A DNA stretch of 64,000 nt from a virus. Lineage: Duplodnaviria > Caudoviricetes. Shown piece after piece: positions 9,519-16,806 of the stretch. Location: positions 40 through 64,039 of IMG/VR virus record IMGVR_UViG_2923088545_000001. The stretch is one strand, 5' to 3'. The position numbers and the translations under genes are program-made. Within the stretch, counting starts at the first letter, position 1. The number at the start of each line of letters is the position of its first letter. The notes beneath the pieces were generated by a model. The model saw only the letters and a list, made by a program, of their open reading frames with translations, ran no database searches and was not told the DNA's origin.

Positions 9519-10520
9519 ATGTCGATCATTACGATCAATGGCGTTCCTACGGACGTCGACATACGCGAAGAATTAGAGCGATTCGAATGGGATAGGCCGA
9601 CTTGGCATTCTGACCGTTTAACGGCGGCAAGTCCTTTTCGCGACGATCGGACTCCTAGTTTTTACGTTTACTACGAAGACACTTCGACCGCAAAAGCCGG
9701 CTATTTCGGAGACAGCGGCACAGGCGAACGTGGCGGCTTTATTAAATTACTTGCGTTCCTACGAGAAGAAACCGAGGGAGAGACGTCTTATTACCTCGCC
9801 GAGACTTATGGTACTGGTGAAGGTGAAACGCGCTTGAAACTCCGTGTTCCACGTTTGAAAATCGTTGAGCCTAGACGTCCATTAGCCGAGACTTTACTGG
9901 ACGGCGTCAAGATCGGCCCTAATGCTTACTTAACTAATCGCGGCATAAGCGAAGAAATCCAGCGCAAAGCAGGCGTAGGCATGGTCGGACAAACGGTAGT
10001 GATACCGTGGCGGTTGCCTAATAAGCGACTGGCAAACATAAAATACCGATCGACCCGTAATAAAGCTTTTTGGTACGCTAAAGGAGGCTGGCCTATACGC
10101 GAGTTAATTTACGGCATAGAAACCGTTTATGCGGATCGCGCCAAAGTAGCGGTTCTAGCCGAGGCTGAAATCGATGCGCTTTCGTGGCGTACGGCAGGCT
10201 TTTGCGGCATTGCGACAGGCGGCAGTAAATTTTCCGACCAAAAGGCGGACATAATTGCGCAGTCACCGATCGAATATTTAATAGTAGTATCTGACAACGA
10301 TGAAGCCGGTGAGAAATTGCGGAAGGAGGTCGAGCTAAAGATGCGCGGCAAAGTCAGGCTTGCGCACGGTTATATAACGAAAGGGTACAAAGATGCGAAT
10401 GAATTATGGATAGCGGAAGGTGAGGACGCTCTTAAGCGAGTTGTTGATCGTGCGGAGGCGGTAAGTATTAATGTAAGGTTCGGGAATATCCGAACTTTCG
10501 GTCGGCGGAGGTTGTCTTAA
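9519..10520 (+). CDS. DNA primase (TOPRIM)
   Basis: SPFRDDRTPSF N-domain; AEAEIDALS, VSDNDEAG, KDANE. Confidence 0.9.
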   Translation: MSIITINGVPTDVDIREELERFEWDRPTWHSDRLTAASPFRDDRTPSFYVYYEDTSTAKAGYFGDSGTGERGGFIKLLAFLREETEGETSYYLAETYGTGEGETRLKLRVPRLKIVEPRRPLAETLLDGVKIGPNAYLTNRGISEEIQRKAGVGMVGQTVVIPWRLPNKRLANIKYRSTRNKAFWYAKGGWPIRELIYGIETVYADRAKVAVLAEAEIDALSWRTAGFCGIATGGSKFSDQKADIIAQSPIEYLIVVSDNDEAGEKLRKEVELKMRGKVRLAHGYITKGYKDANELWIAEGEDALKRVVDRAEAVSINVRFGNIRTFGRRRLS

Positions 10521-10750
10521 CCCTCCGTGTTGCTACCGGATAAAGGACGCCAATTATATAAGGCTTCGACCGGGCAGTCGAGGCAGCGCGCAATAGAATA
10601 CGCCATTTCAACGTTAGGGACGTTTCTAAGCGCTATATAATCGGAAAGCTGCGTTTTTGAGATTCCGACCATTTCTGCGAGTTGTATAAGCGTATAACCG
10701 CGTTTATAACACAGCTCCTTTATCCGGCAATCGACGACCGAATACTGCGA
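10517..10750 (-). CDS. XRE-family HTH regulator with atypical or mutated start codon
   Basis: TLIQLAEMVGISKTQLSDY...CPVEALY HTH; TGTGGTATAAT promoter and GGAGGTG RBS point to a TCG codon at 10750. Confidence 0.7.
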   Translation of the reverse strand, partial: SQYSVVDCRIKELCYKRGYTLIQLAEMVGISKTQLSDYIALRNVPNVEMAYSIARCLDCPVEALYNWRPLSGSNTEG

Positions 10751-10824
10751 GATAAACACCTCCGCAAAGCAAAATGCGTGCTTTACGAAGGAAATTATAC
10801 CACATAACCGCGCTGATTCCATCG

Positions 10825-11043
10825 TCATTCGGGCGGATTTGGAAGAATACGGACAACCTTTTCGATAGGCACGTCCAATTCGAGGCAAATACGTTCTATT
10901 ACACGGAACTCTAGGTTAGCGCCGTTCATCGCAGGCTCTTTCGTAATTTTAGCCTGAGTAGACGACGACATAAAATTACGCAAATAACTTTTGGATTTAC
11001 CTTGCTCTTTCAAAGTGTCAAAGAGCGGAGAGAAATCAACCAA
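10825..11043 (-). CDS. Cro/CI-type HTH regulator (candidate repressor), divergent from aimR
   Basis: DFSPLFDTL...IERICLELDVPIEKVV; GGAGGTG RBS before TTG 11043. Confidence 0.75.
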   Translation of the reverse strand: MVDFSPLFDTLKEQGKSKSYLRNFMSSSTQAKITKEPAMNGANLEFRVIERICLELDVPIEKVVRILPNPPE

Positions 11044-11080
11044 TTCAGACACCTCCAATAATTTATGGAAAATATTAAAA

Positions 11081-11115
11081 ATATATGTTTACGTACGCGA
11101 ACATATATAGTATAC
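11081..11115 (+). promoter_or_regulatory. sigma-A-like aimR promoter overlapped by an inverted repeat
   Basis: TTTACG-N17-TATACT; ATATATGTT-N10-AACATATAT. Confidence 0.55.
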
Positions 11116-11172
11116 TTCAATTATACTCAACTTATATAAAAAGACAAGGAACAATGAAGGGGGTCAGAGCTT

Positions 11173-12360
11173 TTGGAATCGATTAGACGAGAATTATGTA
11201 GTTTGATTGAAGATAGTGATTTGAAGTATAAAGAGATCGCAAAAATCATTCGAGCAGATAAATCAACCATGACACACTTCCGGAACAATGGGACAATTAG
11301 TTTTAGGTCACTTGTAATCCTCGCACATTTCCTATTTCCGAATAACTCCAATAAAAAAATTACCGAATGGTGTTTGTCGATTCAAAAGACTGATAATAAT
11401 GATTACTTAAAACAAATGATGGAGTACGCAGCAGTCACAAGGAATACAGATTTATTAACAGAACTAATCAATACTCATGCGAAGACTTTCGGTCTACAAG
11501 ATCATGTGCAGATTTACCGAACTATATTGAAGTATATCAATGCGGAAATTAGTATCGACAGTATGATAGAGGAAATGAGCTTCTTCTCAAAAAGTAGGCA
11601 TAAAGAATTGCGAATATTATCTTCTATTTATATGTGTTATGGTTATTATGGAAAAGGTGAAATTCATTCAATCCTAGACAAAGCACCTTCAATCGGCGAT
11701 AGCATCAAATCGCTAGGCGACAAAAAGAAACTTTTCATTAAAGAGTGCTACGTTCATCGCTATGCTGAGTTGATGTCGCCTGTATTCTTACGATTGAATA
11801 ATCTAAGTGCAGCAAAGCACTACGCAACCATAATAAAGAATGGAAACATCTCTAATAAATCAGTTTCTGACGCGAATTATATTTTAGGGATGATCGCGAT
11901 GTCGAAAGGTAAGCGGGACGCTATGTCTTTGTTCGAAGAGAGTTATAAATACGCTTATAAAACAGGTGTTGAATTCGTTATCACAAACGCAAAAAACAAC
12001 TTCCTTCTTGCCGAAGCGTATGTTAATAGGAAAGACTCGGATAAACTTTCGGCATTATTAGCTCAATTAAAGGAGGTGATATACGAAGAGAGAAAAGACG
12101 ACTTTTACATATACCTCGAAAAATATAAAACAGGTAGTGTCGAAGGGTTATTCGAATGCCATCGTCAATTCCTTTTCAATTCAGACTTTTTCTTTTCAGC
12201 GTTGGTAATGAGAGATTTCAAAGACGCTGGGGTACCTACGTACCTAATTGATACATTTTCAAACTACAACTACACGAAAAAGGGGATGCTTTATTTTGAA
12301 GAAGATTTTATTGAGTGTTTTATTGATTTCAGTAATCGCGGTGTCAACTGTACAGCTTAA
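11173..12360 (+). CDS. aimR: Arbitrium peptide receptor (HTH plus TPR, RRNPP family)
   Basis: 395 aa; N-terminal HTH, EWCL..., MEYA motif like SPbeta AimR; followed by a secreted pro-peptide gene. Confidence 0.85.
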   Translation: MESIRRELCSLIEDSDLKYKEIAKIIRADKSTMTHFRNNGTISFRSLVILAHFLFPNNSNKKITEWCLSIQKTDNNDYLKQMMEYAAVTRNTDLLTELINTHAKTFGLQDHVQIYRTILKYINAEISIDSMIEEMSFFSKSRHKELRILSSIYMCYGYYGKGEIHSILDKAPSIGDSIKSLGDKKKLFIKECYVHRYAELMSPVFLRLNNLSAAKHYATIIKNGNISNKSVSDANYILGMIAMSKGKRDAMSLFEESYKYAYKTGVEFVITNAKNNFLLAEAYVNRKDSDKLSALLAQLKEVIYEERKDDFYIYLEKYKTGSVEGLFECHRQFLFNSDFFFSALVMRDFKDAGVPTYLIDTFSNYNYTKKGMLYFEEDFIECFIDFSNRGVNCTA

Positions 12361-12430
12361 CAAAGGGACAGAAGGGGCGCTAGAAGCCGATCAACCTTAC
12401 AAAACAGCAGACATTCGACCAGGAGGATAA
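12296..12430 (+). CDS. aimP: Arbitrium pro-peptide, 44 aa, mature peptide probably (A)DIRPGG
   Basis: MKKILLSVLLISVIAVSTVQL signal peptide; acidic linker; ends KTADIRPGG*; AAGGGG RBS; overlaps aimR 3' end by 65 bp. Confidence 0.85.
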   Translation: MKKILLSVLLISVIAVSTVQLNKGTEGALEADQPYKTADIRPGG

Positions 12431-12431
12431 C

Positions 12432-12456
12432 GAGGCCATTAGGCTTCTTTTTTTTT
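12432..12456 (+). terminator. Terminator after aimP
   Basis: GAGGCC-ATTA-GGCTTC plus long T tract. Confidence 0.8.
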
Positions 12457-12578
12457 GTTTAAAAACGAACATAGTTTAAAATCAAAATGTTTATTTAGTT
12501 TTTCAACTTTCAAAAAATACATAGTTGTATTTGGTACTATATGGTCATGGAAGAAAAATTATAAAAAACTTTAAATCA

Positions 12579-12613
12579 AATGTCCCGATTCATACGGACC
12601 ACATGCGACTGTA
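12579..12613 (+). promoter_or_regulatory. Conserved bipartite motif, copy 2 (upstream of sigma-like gene)
   Basis: AATGTCCCGATT-CATACGGAC-CACATGCGACTGTA. Confidence 0.75.
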
Positions 12614-12642
12614 TAAGTGTAAGGGACGGGAGGAGAAAGAAC

Positions 12643-13173
12643 TTGGATAAACAAAAATTTAATAGGCTACAATTGGCCGCAGATTACGGAGCGATTCCGT
12701 ATGTACAAAGAGAATCGCAACGAATCGCACACTTAGTTCCCGACGAAACATCGTTCGAGCAGCGGACCTTACTTTCGATAGGCTACTGGCTGGAACGATA
12801 CGAAGGCAATGGTCGCGATAAGAAAGCGTTGATTCAGCGCATTATCGTAAGGGAACGGAATAAGTACTTGAAGCAAACGAAGAGAGAAGCGGCTTTATCT
12901 ATAGAAGGAATGCGAGACAACGGCAATGTCTCGTGGGAACCTCACGACAGTTTGGCGACTATCGATGACGGTTTGATGGCAAAAGAAAAGATCGCTCTGT
13001 TGGCGCAGAACGATCCAAGAAAAACAATGATCTTACAGTTTTGGAGCGAAGGATGTACGAATATGGACGAAATCTCCAAGTTGTTGGCGCAACATTTAGG
13101 AGGAAATTTCGAAGCACATCGCAAGTTCATCCGCCGTTTCCGTTTACACTGCCAGCGCGAACTAACAGCATAA
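12643..13173 (+). CDS. Sigma-factor-like transcription activator, 176 aa
   Basis: GGGAGG RBS, TTG start; helical N-domain (IQRIIVRERNKYLKQ) and region-4-like C-domain (RKTMILQFWSEG...MDEISKLL). Confidence 0.55.
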   Translation: MDKQKFNRLQLAADYGAIPYVQRESQRIAHLVPDETSFEQRTLLSIGYWLERYEGNGRDKKALIQRIIVRERNKYLKQTKREAALSIEGMRDNGNVSWEPHDSLATIDDGLMAKEKIALLAQNDPRKTMILQFWSEGCTNMDEISKLLAQHLGGNFEAHRKFIRRFRLHCQRELTA

Positions 13174-13307
13174 TCACGTATCTAGGCACGAGGGCTTCGC
13201 TACGTATTTTAATGATAATCGATTGAGAATCGAATTTCAAGCGAACACCATGCGAACAACCCTCCGTCTAGTACGTTATACCTAAAATTTAAGGAGGCTA
13301 ACGTACT

Positions 13308-13451
13308 ATGAAACAACCTACAAACGATTTCCCACCCGTAGTAAACATCCAAAAATTAACGGAATTACAATACGAAGGCGCACTAAACCACGAAGATGAT
13401 CCGGCTGACTTTTATCGTCCTGCGACCATTAAGGCGGTGCGCGTCGGATGA
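13308..13451 (+). CDS. Small hypothetical protein (47 aa)
   Basis: AAGGAGG RBS; ATGA coupling to next gene. Confidence 0.6.
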   Translation: MKQPTNDFPPVVNIQKLTELQYEGALNHEDDPADFYRPATIKAVRVG

Positions 13452-13987
13452 AACAATACCGAGTATCTAAGCACGCAGAAGATCGCGCCGTTGAACGATT
13501 AGGGTACGAGAGATTTAACGCTAAATCACGACTACAGCAACTTATGCAATCGGCTGTGTATGTCGGTACCCAGCAAAATGATCGAGGACAGACTTGTGAA
13601 GTACGCGATCATATTAAATCACGCACTCGTATGTTGCTGGCCGGCGACTTAATCGTGACCGTCTACCCGATGTCCGACCCGTTAGATGCGATTCCATCGG
13701 AGTCATTGCCGGAAGAGCTTAAAGACGCAATTAAACGTAAATCAAATACGATCGTCAAAAACAAAAACCGTTCATTGCGCGCGCTTAAGATCGCAATCGC
13801 GGAGAAGAACCTAGATATTGCGCATTTAAAAGTCAATCTCGCTAAGGCTAAGGCGCCGAAAACGATCGATGCGATTAACGAGAAGCTCAGCGCTGAAGAA
13901 GTTGAGTACACAGCACTTAAGTCACGCGAAGAAAAACTGGAATCCGATATCAAGGCGATTTCTAAATTCGGTGATCTCTATGTTTGA
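13448..13987 (+). CDS. Hypothetical protein (SKHAEDR...R RelE/DUF4258-like N-terminus plus coiled coil)
   Basis: Motif pattern; operon position. Confidence 0.55.
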   Translation: MKQYRVSKHAEDRAVERLGYERFNAKSRLQQLMQSAVYVGTQQNDRGQTCEVRDHIKSRTRMLLAGDLIVTVYPMSDPLDAIPSESLPEELKDAIKRKSNTIVKNKNRSLRALKIAIAEKNLDIAHLKVNLAKAKAPKTIDAINEKLSAEEVEYTALKSREEKLESDIKAISKFGDLYV

Positions 13988-14096
13988 CGACTTCCTAATG
14001 TATTTCGCATTCGTCGGCACCATCGCGACTATCATTATCGGCGGCATGTACTGGTCGCTTCTACGCGAAGAAAGACGGACTAAAGGCGGCGAGTGA
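13980..14096 (+). CDS. Small membrane protein (38 aa)
   Basis: One hydrophobic segment, basic tail. Confidence 0.55.
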   Translation: MFDDFLMYFAFVGTIATIIIGGMYWSLLREERRTKGGE

Positions 14097-14236
14097 CCGC
14101 CGACGCTCGGAGAATATCGGGGCGGTCGTTAAGTAAAACTGTCGCGTCGCTATGCCGTGCGCTGGCGGCGTCTCGGGCGCAGATACCGGTGTTTTGCGAG
14201 GGTCAAACCCTAAAACAAATTAACGGAGGTAATCGG

Positions 14237-15013
14237 ATGACAAAGTACACTAGCGGAGCTGACGCTCTAAACGCATTGAACGCAACAAATGAAGGAGGCA
14301 GCGGAGGTAATAGCGCCGAGTTTGCGAGCTTTAAGACGGGAACGGTTTATAAGGTACGCGTTATGAGTGCTTTCGATCTAATTCGCTTCTTTTCATACGG
14401 AATCTACAAGAAAGTAAATTCGTTCTCGGCGGCTAATCCGAGCACGCTAAACAAAAACGGCTTTCCTGAGTCGAATCTGACGTCATGGGATCGCGCGTGG
14501 AAGTATTATCAAGACCAAAAGAAAGCGGCAGCTGATCGAGGCGATGCCAAAGCGGAAGAAGCGGCTAAACAAGAAGCGGCTAAGTATCGCGTCAAAGAAC
14601 GATATGCGCTCGGTTTTATTAACCTTGAAACAGGCCAACCGATCATCGTCGACCTTTCTAAAACGCAGGCTACGACGGTTCACGCAGTTATTAAAAAGCA
14701 GGAAAAGAAACTCGGCCGCATCGCGTTTGAACTGGAGAAGTCCGGTTCAGGTACGAACACAGTCGTTTCATTAACGCCTCTTATCGATATGGAAGAAGAC
14801 TTGACGGAAGCGGAACGTAAGCATTTTGCGGACCAAGACGGTAAAGAATTCGATATGACTTTATTTGACGGCTTAATCTACGAAGCTGACGAAAAGGAAA
14901 TGCTCGAAAACCTTGTCGCGGCCGGCTTTAACTTATCGCTGATTGGTGAATCGCTTGACGGCAGCGCAGCAGACGACGACGAACTACCAACCGAAGAAGA
15001 CTTCGAATTTTAA
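14237..15013 (+). CDS. Phage single-stranded DNA-binding protein-like
   Basis: GGAGG RBS; acidic tail ending EEDFEF; lies in replication module. Confidence 0.65.
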   Translation: MTKYTSGADALNALNATNEGGSGGNSAEFASFKTGTVYKVRVMSAFDLIRFFSYGIYKKVNSFSAANPSTLNKNGFPESNLTSWDRAWKYYQDQKKAAADRGDAKAEEAAKQEAAKYRVKERYALGFINLETGQPIIVDLSKTQATTVHAVIKKQEKKLGRIAFELEKSGSGTNTVVSLTPLIDMEEDLTEAERKHFADQDGKEFDMTLFDGLIYEADEKEMLENLVAAGFNLSLIGESLDGSAADDDELPTEEDFEF

Positions 15014-15026
15014 GGAGGACTCGTAG

Positions 15027-15284
15027 ATGCGAGAAATTAAAACGGAAGCGCAGACGTTAGATTTATCGAAAAAGGTCACCGTAGAAGTTTCATTGGCGGA
15101 ATTGATCGTTATTTCCGCGGCACTTTTGGAGGCAGATAATGACGTAGTAAATGACAACGTCCAAACCTATTCCCCGTACGCACGGTACTCAAATCAAATT
15201 TTAGGGGAGCTTCCAAATACTCACGATCTAATGGCTAATGTAGACGATATTGCAGCCGATCACATCCCGAAGGAGGACGAATAG
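15027..15284 (+). CDS. Phage hypothetical protein
   Basis: AAGGAGG RBS. Confidence 0.7.
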   Translation: MREIKTEAQTLDLSKKVTVEVSLAELIVISAALLEADNDVVNDNVQTYSPYARYSNQILGELPNTHDLMANVDDIAADHIPKEDE

Positions 15285-15719
15285 ATGGCGCACAAGGAAG
15301 AAACGATCGGCAAATTCGCCGAACTGATCGCTCGCGCTGCCTTAATGGCGGCCGGCTGGTCAGGCGTTAGTAAGCCGGAAACCGAAGAACCGTACGATAT
15401 TCTCGCGGCCGAGCCGGTTACGGGCGCATTCAAACGCATCCAGGTCAAGACGATTCGAGACCGTCGGGACAGCCGCGGCTGTTTAACGGTTAGCGGACGC
15501 AAAAACACCGGTCAGGCTTATACGAAATCTGATACGGACTATTTTATCGGCGTGCTGATTGAAGACAACGAGACTAAAGCGTATATGTTCGAATGTCGCA
15601 ATATAACGGACTATTGGATGCCGCGTAAGAACGAAGGCGTCCGAGCATGGCACGAACTCAAACTTAACTTAGACCGCGGATTCTTGGCGGCATTAGAAAA
15701 CGAAGCGGAGGCGGTTTGA
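15285..15719 (+). CDS. Second PD-(D/E)XK endonuclease
   Basis: GKFAE...PYDILA...RIQVKT...DYFIGV. Confidence 0.7.
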   Translation: MAHKEETIGKFAELIARAALMAAGWSGVSKPETEEPYDILAAEPVTGAFKRIQVKTIRDRRDSRGCLTVSGRKNTGQAYTKSDTDYFIGVLIEDNETKAYMFECRNITDYWMPRKNEGVRAWHELKLNLDRGFLAALENEAEAV

Positions 15720-15759
15720 CCTTACCGGGACGGACGGCCAATCAAAGGAGGACGAAACG

Positions 15760-16479
15760 ATGGCGGCATTAAAAGGCGTAAAGACACTCGATATGGTGGG
15801 CGGCGAGATTACGAAAGTAGCGTATGAAGGTGCGGAGTATGAACGCGTTGAGGGAGACGCGAAGGGTGGCGATCTAGTGCGCCTATCGCATGACGCTTGG
15901 TTGGACGTAACGCCTGGCGGATTTTACATCGTAAATGGAGCAAAAAATATATGGGTTCATATATTAGACGACAATAATGATCCGCACAAATGGAGTAATA
16001 AGTATTACGATCTATTCCGCAAGAAGCACGTACGCCTAAAAGTCGGTGATTATGCGAAGGTGGTCGATAGTATCGATTATCAAGACCTTGCTAAGGACGA
16101 TATTGTTAAAGTCTTGGAAGATGACGGAACGCCTTGTCCGTTTTACTGCGAAGTTCTGAGAGGGGAGTGTGCGGGAGAGTACCGTTGGATGTGGGAACCC
16201 GAACTAGTTCTCGCAACCGAAGACGAAGTAGCAGCCGCCAAAGAAGCGGAAGCAAAACGCTCTATCGAAGCGAAATGGGCGAAGATCGGACGCAAAGTTG
16301 ACGAGTATATGAAAGGCGATGTTGTTCATTTTAAAGACGACTACGTAGCGATCGGAGTTGTCGAGGATGTCGGTGCCGATCTTCTAGGAGTACGCATGCC
16401 AGACGAAGCCTATCAGAGTCCGTACAAGAAAAACGTAACGCTAATCATTCCGGTCGAGGCACGTTTTGACCGCAGCTAA
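15760..16479 (+). CDS. Phage protein with repeated SH3/KOW-like domains
   Basis: AKGGDLV, LKVGDYAKV, MKGDVV repeats. Confidence 0.7.
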   Translation: MAALKGVKTLDMVGGEITKVAYEGAEYERVEGDAKGGDLVRLSHDAWLDVTPGGFYIVNGAKNIWVHILDDNNDPHKWSNKYYDLFRKKHVRLKVGDYAKVVDSIDYQDLAKDDIVKVLEDDGTPCPFYCEVLRGECAGEYRWMWEPELVLATEDEVAAAKEAEAKRSIEAKWAKIGRKVDEYMKGDVVHFKDDYVAIGVVEDVGADLLGVRMPDEAYQSPYKKNVTLIIPVEARFDRS

Positions 16480-16636
16480 ATGCGCCGCCTGCCAAGCGCC
16501 CATTAACGAAGGCCAGTCTGCCGTTTACGACTCACTGCACGAGGTTTACTGTTGCGACGGCGACTGCTGGTCGGAGTTTTATGCAGAAAATGAGACGGTT
16601 CATGGGCGGAAGTGGACGGAGGAGGTCGATATATGA
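16466..16636 (+). CDS. Small Zn-finger protein (56 aa)
   Basis: CAAC...YCCDGDC; TTG start; coupled to next ORF. Confidence 0.55.
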   Translation: MTAAKCAACQAPINEGQSAVYDSLHEVYCCDGDCWSEFYAENETVHGRKWTEEVDI

Positions 16637-16773
16637 AGACAGCTATTTATATTGTCGGAGTAATTAGCGGAGCAGGAGCCACATACGCGCTGACACAAGG
16701 CAATTACGGACTTGCGTTTCATAACGGAATCAACATCGTTTTGTTCGCTTTTATAAATCGATATTACAGATAA
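16633..16773 (+). CDS. Small membrane protein (46 aa)
   Basis: GGAGG RBS; hydrophobic. Confidence 0.55.
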   Translation: MKTAIYIVGVISGAGATYALTQGNYGLAFHNGINIVLFAFINRYYR

Positions 16774-16806
16774 CATCGACTTTTAACGAAGAAAGGAGGA
16801 CGCGAC

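Noticed and set aside
12464-12476. LexA box downstream of aimP (CGAACATAGTTT)
   Set aside because: Spacer is 3 bp instead of 4 and the right half is degenerate
12580-12642. ATG 12580 as start of the sigma-like gene (and ATG 1082 for the endonuclease)
   Set aside because: These starts lie in or against the conserved motif and lack an RBS; TTG 12643 and ATG 1154 have strong RBSs
15464-15471. Fourth copy of the motif (TGTCCCGA on minus strand)
   Set aside because: Inside a CDS and the second arm CACATGCGACTGTA is missing
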